IMG/VR virus record: IMGVR_UViG_3300020203_000404
Location: 64,001-128,000 of that record
DNA length: 64,000 nucleotides
Reading direction: 5' to 3' (one strand)
Source: a virus
Below the pieces are notes generated by a model, which saw nothing but the letters and a program-made list of their open reading frames with translations, made no database searches and was not told the DNA's origin. Below, in pieces: positions 56,939 to 64,000 of the stretch. Numbering within the stretch: position 1 is the first letter of the stretch; each line of letters starts with the position of its first letter. Position numbers and translations under genes: made by a program.

Positions 56939-57656
56939 TGATCAAACCATATTTTTTCAAGACGGAGCGTAGATAGTTTTCAAGGTCATCGAATGAACCA
57001 TTGTTCTGGTACGTGTTCTCAAACACTTCGTTATCTAGGGCCGTTTCACTTGCGTGATTATCTTTAAAGCCCGTAGACCTCTCCAGTCTAATGATGACGC
57101 CGCCCGCCTCTTCTGTCACGCTCTTTTCGTTAGGAAAGCGACAGTCCGTTATGATTACTACGTCAGTGCCCCAATCGCGGTTAAATGGAGCTTTAGCCCA
57201 TACTGGATCGTAAATCGCACGAAAGATGTCAGTACCCATCACTTGAAGCACTTCACGATTAGTCATGGCACCAGTTCGCGGCAGTAGTTTACCATCAAGT
57301 GGGTCAATTTCTATACTATATTTCAAGCGAACGTCGAGAGTGAATCCATCCCATAGAATGGGGGAGCGTTCGTTCTTTTGTACGTCAGTGCCGTAGACTT
57401 CCGCAGAACTCAAGCCCAAGATGTCAATGCACATATTCTTGAGAGGGTCGGCGAACGAAGTAATGACTACGCGTTTTCCGGTTGTTTCAAGTATTTTTTT
57501 GATAAACATAGCTGAGCTATCTTTACCAACTTGTTTCTTACCTGACAGTGCAATGAACACTGGAGAGGCATGGGGGGTCTTTTTAGTCATGTCTTCTAGT
57601 CCTACTGTTAGAGTATCGTGTGGTGTACCATAGTCTACTTCATCAAACCAATTCAT
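56931..57656 (-). CDS. Deoxynucleoside monophosphate kinase
   Basis: IALSGKKQVGKD; SFADPLK; REVLQ.MGT..FR; ITDCRFPNE; HASE. Confidence 0.9.
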   Translation of the reverse strand: MNWFDEVDYGTPHDTLTVGLEDMTKKTPHASPVFIALSGKKQVGKDSSAMFIKKILETTGKRVVITSFADPLKNMCIDILGLSSAEVYGTDVQKNERSPILWDGFTLDVRLKYSIEIDPLDGKLLPRTGAMTNREVLQVMGTDIFRAIYDPVWAKAPFNRDWGTDVVIITDCRFPNEKSVTEEAGGVIIRLERSTGFKDNHASETALDNEVFENTYQNNGSFDDLENYLRSVLKKYGLIND

Positions 57657-57690
57657 GCGTGCATCAATCTTGAAAAAACTGTAGGTGTCT

Positions 57691-58173
57691 TTAGTACTCC
57701 CCTAAGATACCCTTCACGACGTACAGGGCGTCTGCGATATTGGTCGTGCGAAACTGACAGCATTCGGTGACAAATGCATGTTCGTGTGTATTGCCAGTCT
57801 CTTCAATGATTAAGATGATAGGAATATCTCGGGCATTGGCCCAGCCGACTTCTACCATTGATCCAATAGAAACTCTTTTCGAGCCAAGTAAATTGAGAAT
57901 CATGACATCAGTATTGAGACAATAAAACCTGTCACGAGTCACAACACCAGTCGGCGTACTCATGGCACGCACCGCACACTCAAGTCCAGGTACGATTTCA
58001 CAATCAGTTAATAGACCTTTGTGATGACGTAGATGCACCGCTGAACTGAGCGGGCTAATGGCCTTGATGCCTGATTTAGCAAGCTCTTCTTGTGCGTCTT
58101 GACGCCATTCTGTAGCTTCGTCATACGTGAGACCACTGATTGGACCAGCCAAGTATACCGTTTTATTTACCAT
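57691..58173 (-). CDS. Nucleoside 2-deoxyribosyltransferase-like/N-glycosidase
   Basis: VYLAGPI; WR; RD..C...D; SIGS.VEVGWA....PI. Confidence 0.8.
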   Translation of the reverse strand: MVNKTVYLAGPISGLTYDEATEWRQDAQEELAKSGIKAISPLSSAVHLRHHKGLLTDCEIVPGLECAVRAMSTPTGVVTRDRFYCLNTDVMILNLLGSKRVSIGSMVEVGWANARDIPIILIIEETGNTHEHAFVTECCQFRTTNIADALYVVKGILGEY

Positions 58174-58204
58174 GTAGCTTTCTTAATGAGGTTGCTTAGT
58201 TTAC

Positions 58205-58375
58205 TTGACATGCTCCCCGACCTAAAGGCACGGGGATTCTCCGGCTAGGCGACTTTCGTCGCTGTACGGTTGGCTTGACGTTTCAACACGGGTTGCTCCC
58301 AGGGGAGTCTTACGCCCGCTCCGCGTCCATTTAGCGTCGTGGGCATATCCTGCCCCGACTTGATCAATGTTATCA
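58205..58375 (-). mobile_element. IS200/IS605-family right end with TnpB omega-RNA-like scaffold; no tnpB/tnpA
   Basis: Minus strand GAAT-CCCCGTGCCTTTAGGTCGGGG-AGCATG-TCAA (GAAT guide, hairpin, TCAA cleavage site as in IS608), preceded by ~130 nt resembling tnpB 3' ends. Confidence 0.75.
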
Positions 58376-58394
58376 GCTGGTAGAAATGTAGTAT

Positions 58395-59456
58395 TCATTC
58401 TTGCGTGACGGGCTTGCCTTTTTCATCCTTAACCTTTTCAAGGACAATTTTCCAGATATTGTCTATCATCTTCTTCTTATCTAATAGACCAAAGACAATA
58501 CCAGTTAAGGTCTTGGGCGTGTTTGCCTGGATCCAGAGAGCTTGCGTCTTGCGATCTGCATCAGGGATGCGACCGGCAATATCCTCAGTCTCGATACGCA
58601 GCTTGTCGTGCATAGTCTGCACGTAAGCACGGATGTCGTCGAAGTCCTGTCGAATACCATGAGGCAATTCGCGAAGCGTTACGCCGTATTCCTTGCCACG
58701 GATAAGCTCGATGACCCCCTTCGGGCTCATGTAATTCAGGAGTCGGTGGACACGCAGGTAGGCCGGTGATTTGACTTTAACACGACGACCGCTCGCAAAG
58801 CGAGCGACGTATCCCTCGTGGTTATCCTCGAAAGGAATGTCGCCACGTAAGTCCAGATTGTAGCGGCGGGGCCGCTTAAAGCCACACTTTTCTGCGAGTT
58901 GGTCAACTCGCATGGGGTGCCATTCCGTCCCGCCGTGCTCGATGACACCGAGTAGACACAGGAACGTCTCGCCCTTGTAATCTACGACGATTCGGTTCTC
59001 TGGATAGATAATCTCGAAGATTGGCGTGCAGTCCTTCGGCAGCAATTGCGTAGGATAGTTAGCATTCAAGATCTGAGTGCCCATCTTTGCCTGATTCGAC
59101 TCCATGCTACCGGGGGTCGCCAGTGACCACGACACGTCACCCGTCAAGAAGTATCCGATACCACATGAGCCGTCCACCTTTTCCGTGATCTCGATCTCTT
59201 CATCCCACGGAAGATTCTCCATCATCGTCTCGGAGACTTCTCCGAGGTTGAAGAACTTCGGAAAGGGGCGAGCCACTAACGTTCCATCGGAACGGAAGAT
59301 GATGCCGCGAGCCTGACGGTTCGTGTCGTTCCAGAGACCCTGGATGTGGGTGTCCTGGGTGTATTTGAAGATCGCGAGGTCGCCCGTTCGTGAGACGTTG
59401 ACACGACCTTCGTCTACCTCGCGAATGAGCTTCTGATAAAGTATGTAGTCTTTCAT
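58395..59456 (-). CDS. T4 Rnl1-like RNA ligase
   Basis: ARGII; RPFPKFFN; EKVDGS; FEII.P.NRIVVDY; EGYV; VKVK. Confidence 0.9.
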   Translation of the reverse strand: MKDYILYQKLIREVDEGRVNVSRTGDLAIFKYTQDTHIQGLWNDTNRQARGIIFRSDGTLVARPFPKFFNLGEVSETMMENLPWDEEIEITEKVDGSCGIGYFLTGDVSWSLATPGSMESNQAKMGTQILNANYPTQLLPKDCTPIFEIIYPENRIVVDYKGETFLCLLGVIEHGGTEWHPMRVDQLAEKCGFKRPRRYNLDLRGDIPFEDNHEGYVARFASGRRVKVKSPAYLRVHRLLNYMSPKGVIELIRGKEYGVTLRELPHGIRQDFDDIRAYVQTMHDKLRIETEDIAGRIPDADRKTQALWIQANTPKTLTGIVFGLLDKKKMIDNIWKIVLEKVKDEKGKPVTQE

Positions 59457-60685
59457 GCGAGTGCCTTTACTCGTGCTTGCTCCATCTTTTGCTTAATGGC
59501 TTCGCCATTTCGTAAATTAGCGAACTGATCGCCCTTCACGCTGCGGAATCTATCCGCAGCGTCTAGCACAGCTTGACGCTGCGGATAGGGCTTGTCATGA
59601 AAGTCGGGTCCACGCCCCTGAGCGTCTGCCTGCGAAGCAAGCGTAACGCATTCAATTAGCGTGTTGCCGTGAGCGGCCCCCAGTCGATCAAGGAGTCGTA
59701 CCTTTGTCGTAGACCTCAAGGAATCGAAACGATGGATATTCAGGTGCTCTCGTGACGTAGCCACACCAACATCTCTGAGTGCGTTGGGCACCTTTAAACG
59801 ATCACAGAATTTATGTACCAATGGTATACCCAACGCCTCATGATTGTAATGGTGCGGTAGGTTATCGTCGTCAGTCACGGCCTTTCCTAGATCGTGGACC
59901 AATGCAGCAAACATCGTGGCGTCATCCGCCCCGAGTTCGCGTGCTCGATCCACGACTAGAAGCGTGTGAACGAATGCGTCACCCTCCGGGTGATGCTTCT
60001 CTGGTTGGACTCGTCCAGCCAGAGCAGCGATTTCTGGGAACACTTCTGCCAAACATTGGAAGTCTCGAAGTGCCTCAAAGAATACACTCGGCTTGGCCGA
60101 ACGTAACGCCTTCATAAGCTCCTCAAAAACACGCTCGCCAGCGAGCGTGGGAAGCTCGAAACGCAAGAATTGGCACATATTCATAAGCTCTTGCGTAGAC
60201 TGGAATCCGAGTTGGGCCGCGAACCTTGCGGCACGCAACACACGCAACGGATCCTCAACGAAGTGCTTGCTGACGGGAGCCAGTCTTTTTTCAGCAATTG
60301 CCTTACGACCACCGAACGGGTCGATAATCTCACCCGTGAACGGTTCCATAGCCATAGCATTAATCGTCAAGTCACGACGGAACAAATCTTGTTCAATCGT
60401 GATGCCGCCCGTATCACAGACGAATCCCGTGTGACCAGCACCGACCTTGCGTTCTGTACGAGCTAGGGCAATTTCGATACCCGCAACGATAACGATAGGA
60501 AAATCCTTACCTACGGCATCGCCTTCTGGAAAGGCTGCAAGCAACTGCGGCATCGTCAGGCCAATGACGCAAATATCCACGTCATTCGACTCGCGACCCA
60601 TTACGTGATCGCGGACGGCCCCACCAACCACAAGGGGGTGGCCACCAACCGCTTGAATGCGGCGGCAAAGCTCAAGATGTTCCAT
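59453..60685 (-). CDS. cca: CCA-adding tRNA nucleotidyltransferase with HD domain
   Basis: VGGAVRD; DVD; ARTERK; DL.RRDLTINAMA; EDPLRVLRAARF; HHPEGD..VHT; VHDLGK. Confidence 0.95.
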   Translation of the reverse strand: MEHLELCRRIQAVGGHPLVVGGAVRDHVMGRESNDVDICVIGLTMPQLLAAFPEGDAVGKDFPIVIVAGIEIALARTERKVGAGHTGFVCDTGGITIEQDLFRRDLTINAMAMEPFTGEIIDPFGGRKAIAEKRLAPVSKHFVEDPLRVLRAARFAAQLGFQSTQELMNMCQFLRFELPTLAGERVFEELMKALRSAKPSVFFEALRDFQCLAEVFPEIAALAGRVQPEKHHPEGDAFVHTLLVVDRARELGADDATMFAALVHDLGKAVTDDDNLPHHYNHEALGIPLVHKFCDRLKVPNALRDVGVATSREHLNIHRFDSLRSTTKVRLLDRLGAAHGNTLIECVTLASQADAQGRGPDFHDKPYPQRQAVLDAADRFRSVKGDQFANLRNGEAIKQKMEQARVKALA

Positions 60686-60690
60686 GTGTC

Positions 60691-60719
60691 ATTATACCTT
60701 ACGTCGTGGACGTAGTCAA
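60691..60719 (-). promoter_or_regulatory. sigma70 promoter TTGACT-N17-TATAAT, 5 nt before cca ATG (leaderless)
   Basis: Near-consensus boxes with 17-nt spacer; no SD. Confidence 0.75.
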
Positions 60720-61127
60720 CTTCTTTCGCAGATTCATGAGAGCCTTACCCAGAAAATTACTTCCCTTGCCGTTGCAGACTCCCCAAAACGTATCGCCCCA
60801 GGTATTACCTTCGATCAATTCGGCATCGCCAGTGGCGACAAGAGCGTCCTTAAGCACTTCTTCTGAAAATTTACTTACAAGTATATCTTCCATTACAACG
60901 ATCTTGTCCCAATTGGGACGTAATACCAGTGCTCTGCCAAGGTGTTTAGAGAGGCTTGCATCCATTAAAGGTTGTGTAAATGCTCGCCTTGCTTCCATGT
61001 TCAGGGTCTTGGCGGCTTGAAAAGCATGTTCGCTAGAAGGATAAATTAGTCCCTCATAACTTACATTACATCTGTAGAAATTACTCAGGAAGGCGTATTC
61101 GCCACGAAATTGTTCAATTCTTTTCAT
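60699..61127 (-). CDS. NADAR (YbiA/DUF1768) family protein
   Basis: FLSNFY; SEHAFQAAK; LGR..LR.NWD; KF; L..TG.A.LIEGN.WGDTFWG; G.N.LG.ALM.LR. Confidence 0.93.
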   Translation of the reverse strand: MKRIEQFRGEYAFLSNFYRCNVSYEGLIYPSSEHAFQAAKTLNMEARRAFTQPLMDASLSKHLGRALVLRPNWDKIVVMEDILVSKFSEEVLKDALVATGDAELIEGNTWGDTFWGVCNGKGSNFLGKALMNLRKKLTTSTT

Positions 61128-61407
61128 AACGACTACACTCCGTAACGACATTAAAGACGAGCGGTGATACAATCGACTGACCGGGCTGCGAACGCCAGAA
61201 ACACACCGATCGCACTTTCTGGATGTCAATCGAGATTTGAGAAACTCCGGGACTTTCTGCATTGTCACCGTCGAACGGATTGCCCTGTATCATTTCTGGC
61301 TGCATGAAAATTTGCACGTCGTTCTCTTGCAACGTCATGCCATGTCTGCACGTCCAGCACCGACTTTGTTGCGGCGTGACATCTTCTTCTTCATCATCGT
61401 CATGCAT
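61114..61407 (-). CDS. Cys-containing hypothetical protein
   Basis: CWTC...C...C; acidic N-terminus. Confidence 0.5.
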   Translation of the reverse strand: MHDDDEEEDVTPQQSRCWTCRHGMTLQENDVQIFMQPEMIQGNPFDGDNAESPGVSQISIDIQKVRSVCFWRSQPGQSIVSPLVFNVVTECSRYEKN

Positions 61408-61816
61408 ATTCTTGTTCACTTTCAAGCGGCTGATACTTGTTGATTTGCCTTTGAACAATCTCTTTGGTTACACCATGAGTGTTTCGGGACGCGAATAGTT
61501 TGGCGTCCCACGGACCCTTGATTCGATAAATTGTGACTTCGTAATCAAATTCCTTAGCCATTTGAAGGTACGGAGTTAATTCCCAGCGAGTCATGCTCGT
61601 GTTCGACACGACCACCAGTTCTTTTTCGCTACTGACAGCTTCACGAACACGACGTTGACAGTCAGCGTGAGCTTGACTCAGCTTATTGGCCTCAAAAACG
61701 TACGTGCCGCTCCGCATAAAGAATTCGTCTGCCTCAAAGTGGAGACCTCCGAGTGCTTTAGCGGCGGTGGACTTGCCTGAGCCACTCGGCCCACGAAAGA
61801 TGATGAGCTTCTTCAT
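61400..61816 (-). CDS. AAA_33/N4BP2-like P-loop kinase (polynucleotide kinase-like)
   Basis: IFRGPSGSGKST; EAD.FF; AH..C; VVSNT; RN.HGV. Confidence 0.85.
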   Translation of the reverse strand: MKKLIIFRGPSGSGKSTAAKALGGLHFEADEFFMRSGTYVFEANKLSQAHADCQRRVREAVSSEKELVVVSNTSMTRWELTPYLQMAKEFDYEVTIYRIKGPWDAKLFASRNTHGVTKEIVQRQINKYQPLESEQEYA

Positions 61817-61822
61817 TGCTTT

Positions 61823-61863
61823 ATCATACAACAGGGGCGTGCTCTTGTCAAGCACGCCCCTGT
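61823..61863 (-). promoter_or_regulatory. sigma70 promoter TTGACA-N17-TATGAT embedded in a perfect 13-bp inverted repeat
   Basis: ACAGGGGCGTGCT cttgtca AGCACGCCCCTGT; ATG 6 nt after the -10. Confidence 0.75.
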
Positions 61864-61882
61864 GAAAACTTGATCTAAAGGA

Positions 61883-62254
61883 TCAGAACAGCTTGCCTTC
61901 GCTCGTAGCCGCCTCCACAGGAGGTTCGTCGCTCTTTGGTCCACCACTGACGAAATTGAATCCGCCGAAGCTGTCGAGAATCATTTCAAGCTTAGAACGC
62001 TTATCGCCATCCTTCGTTTCCCAGCGGTTCTGATGAATAGAGCCCTTTACGATGATCTGTTTACCCTTCGTGCAGTAAACCTTGATCGTATCGACCTGCT
62101 TACCAAAGGCCACACAATCAACGAATGCCGTTTCCTTTTTGTCACCAAATCCGGTGTTCACGGCGATGGTAAAACGAGCCACGTTCTTTTCTGGACCGAT
62201 GATCTCAGGATCAGCCGTCAAATTACCTTGCAAAATCACTACGTTCAAATTCAT
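61883..62254 (-). CDS. ssb: Single-stranded DNA-binding protein
   Basis: NVVILQGNLT.DPE; F.IAVN; FVDCVAFG; KG..I.V.G...RWE.KDG.KRS. Confidence 0.93.
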   Translation of the reverse strand: MNLNVVILQGNLTADPEIIGPEKNVARFTIAVNTGFGDKKETAFVDCVAFGKQVDTIKVYCTKGKQIIVKGSIHQNRWETKDGDKRSKLEMILDSFGGFNFVSGGPKSDEPPVEAATSEGKLF

Positions 62255-62616
62255 ACTACTATTTCCTTGGCTGCGATAGCAGCGATAACTTCTTGTAATG
62301 CCCGCTCACGAGTGAGCGTGCCGTCCTTGTGTCGTTGACATTGTTCACGACTCATGCGAAATCTACGGACCACGCCCGTAGCCGCCTGCACTCTTTCCGA
62401 GAAATTTGCGATCGTCAAGCCATCGCAAAGATAGACCGAATCAGGAACCTCGGGCTTTCTAGGCTTAAGCTTATCGGCTCCACCAGCCGCAATAAACTCA
62501 GCAAATGCCTGTTCTCGTGTAAACGTACCAGCTTCGATACGTGCGAACTGTTCGTTGCTAACACGAAAACGGAACCCCGTCTTTTCGTGAAAGTTTTCTA
62601 ACGTTAGATCATTCAT
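62251..62616 (-). CDS. Hypothetical protein with a tandem ~40-aa internal repeat
   Basis: LT..NF.E..TG..RFR.S.EQ..R...GT.TRE.A..E.I occurs twice; GGAG SD. Confidence 0.65.
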   Translation of the reverse strand: MNDLTLENFHEKTGFRFRVSNEQFARIEAGTFTREQAFAEFIAAGGADKLKPRKPEVPDSVYLCDGLTIANFSERVQAATGVVRRFRMSREQCQRHKDGTLTRERALQEVIAAIAAKEIVV

Positions 62617-62635
62617 GTTGTGTCTCCATGTAACT

Positions 62636-62664
62636 ATTATGACGGGTTGGGTTTCTAGCGTCTA
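62636..62664 (-). promoter_or_regulatory. sigma70-like promoter TAGACG-N17-CATAAT
   Basis: Boxes identical to 3105-3133. Confidence 0.6.
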
Positions 62665-62727
62665 TCTGAAATTCGAATTCGTAGGAAGGGTGATTATAGT
62701 CTAAACTTACTCAGGGCATTGAGTGTT

Positions 62728-63816
62728 TCACAGATCCTTAGAATCACGGAATACGACACCTACAGGGAAACGGGGAATACCGTCGTCCGTGAGGTCGAAG
62801 TAGCGGACGGTGAGCTTCTTACCGATGTACTTTTTGCGTTCCGCATAAAAGCGGCGACGTTCGTCCATGGTAGCCTTCATCGTGCATTCGAAAAGTCCAC
62901 CATTACTTTGACAGGTCCACACGACGCACGCTGTCATCTTGCCACGACCGTCACGAGCATCGACAACGAGGAATTCGGCATCTTGGAATTCCTTTACCTT
63001 TAGAAGCTCAGAAGAGCGATATCCCCAAAGGTATTGTCCATGACCAAGACGTAGAATTGCACCTTCATAGCCCTCTTGGACGAATAGACCGTACAGAGTC
63101 ATTAGCTCTGTGTGTGATGCGACTTTAAAAGTAGGTACACGTTTGACATTTTTGAATTCCGCGATCGAATTCAGCTTGAGTGTACGTTCTTCAAAAGTGA
63201 GTGTTTCATCGCCTTCGTCACAAACCGGCACGTCATAGACGTTGTAGATAATCTGCTCACTGCCGGGCTTCCACTTTTTGACGAGCGAAGTCACCGTTTG
63301 GCATGATAGGCCGTGATAGTAAAGCTCGCCATCAAGAACCATGTTGCGGGGCAACCACTTTTCAAGCTGCTCTTGAACGGGCGGCATCTTGTATGGCTTG
63401 CCCGCTCGCGAGGTCAAAACGACCTTATTACCTTCCCATTCAGCTAAACAGCGAACGCCATCTAGCTTGGGTTGCACGAAAGCTGGGAAAGAGACGTTCT
63501 TCTTCTTATCCTCGTACTTATGAGCTAACATCGGAAGGCGTAACTCCTCCTGAGCCCCTTCCTTCGTCTCACTGTACTTTCTCTCGACTTTAAAGCTCCA
63601 GAGTGATTGAGCCTCCGCCTGGGCTTGTGCATCAGGCGTCGTGGCGTTCGAACGTCCTACGTTCTTCGAGATAGCCTTTTTCAAGCTTTGTTGAAGCTTG
63701 CCGCCAACCTGACCATACTCGGTCATGATCGTGTCGCCTTTGGCCCAAACTCGCCATTGACGAAGATCTCCGCCCTTGGCTTTATGATAAAGAATAGGAA
63801 GCTTCATATCCATCAA
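62728..63816 (-). CDS. ATP-dependent DNA ligase
   Basis: PMLAH; QPKLDGVRC; LDGELY; YD; EGAILR; LLKVK; PRFP. Confidence 0.93.
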   Translation of the reverse strand: MMDMKLPILYHKAKGGDLRQWRVWAKGDTIMTEYGQVGGKLQQSLKKAISKNVGRSNATTPDAQAQAEAQSLWSFKVERKYSETKEGAQEELRLPMLAHKYEDKKKNVSFPAFVQPKLDGVRCLAEWEGNKVVLTSRAGKPYKMPPVQEQLEKWLPRNMVLDGELYYHGLSCQTVTSLVKKWKPGSEQIIYNVYDVPVCDEGDETLTFEERTLKLNSIAEFKNVKRVPTFKVASHTELMTLYGLFVQEGYEGAILRLGHGQYLWGYRSSELLKVKEFQDAEFLVVDARDGRGKMTACVVWTCQSNGGLFECTMKATMDERRRFYAERKKYIGKKLTVRYFDLTDDGIPRFPVGVVFRDSKDL

Positions 63817-63998
63817 TGACGCTCGGTTCCGCCCTTACGGGTCAGGTAATCATGACTAATGACCTTGAAAATACGACGCTTCGGATGCGGGTCAAGATCT
63901 CCCTTGCCCCAAGTCTCTTCGTCCATTGGACGGACAACTATACCCTCTTTTATTTGACCGGGCGACAACACACTGTCGCCTTCCGCTAGTTCACACAA
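63813..63998 (-). CDS. C-terminus of Rnl2/DRB0094-like RNA ligase (runs off window)
   Basis: KEGIVVRP...FKVIS.DYL (ligase motifs IV and V). Confidence 0.7.
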   Translation of the reverse strand: MCELAEGDSVLSPGQIKEGIVVRPMDEETWGKGDLDPHPKRRIFKVISHDYLTRKGGTERH

Positions 63999-64000
63999 TT

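Noticed and set aside
36553-58173. Known base-substitution pathways (dZ, 7-deazaguanine, dU, hmC)
   Set aside because: No PurZ, Que/DpdA or hydroxymethylase in the window; ThyX and UDG argue for thymine DNA. Such genes could lie outside the window.
1126-63819. Many antisense or nested ORFs in the six-frame track (e.g. 2375-2902, 12693-13181, 17074-17589, 46637-47086)
   Set aside because: They shadow well-supported genes and lack motifs or start signals.
1-64000. Stop-codon reassignment
   Set aside because: TAG, TGA and TAA all end full-length conserved genes; coding density is high under code 11.
1-64000. tRNA/rRNA genes
   Set aside because: No T-loop/cloverleaf or rRNA motifs spotted by eye; tRNAscan-SE was not run.

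Overview
This window is a 64-kb segment of a large (probably jumbo) tailed-phage genome, densely coding in the standard genetic code. Genes from 1-45988 lie on + and genes from 46024-64000 lie on -, converging on a bidirectional hairpin terminator. The + arm carries Ser/Gly/Thr-rich putative virion proteins and a replication operon (RecA/UvsX, DnaB, DnaG, Cas4-like nuclease, ClpP, DnaE). A sigma factor follows, then a ~19.5-kb sugar-modification island (14570-34089) with 10 recognisable plus 1 putative glycosyltransferases, 4 SAM methyltransferases, gmd, fcl, an HNH-fused IMPDH/GMP-reductase, IscA and several intact or decaying HNH genes. Next come nucleotide metabolism genes (MazG, class II RNR, ThyX), a tail-fibre/virion cluster and a holin-like gene. 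The - arm carries PhoH, peptide deformylase, methionine aminopeptidase, UDG, a degenerate YhaM, a second sigma factor, an SMC-like ATPase, DnaQ, dNMP kinase and an RNA/DNA repair cluster (two RNA ligases, CCA-adding enzyme, NADAR, kinase, SSB, DNA ligase). The main leads are: (1) a soluble glycosylation island with no export machinery, alongside Ser-Gly enrichment in several virion proteins, suggesting phage-encoded virion glycosylation; (2) an orphan IS200/IS605 right end/TnpB omega-RNA with no tnpB; (3) repeated ghost gene-end scars and in-frame-decayed HNH genes; (4) two candidate promoter classes, including leaderless starts. All calls come from motif recognition by eye; no database searches were run.
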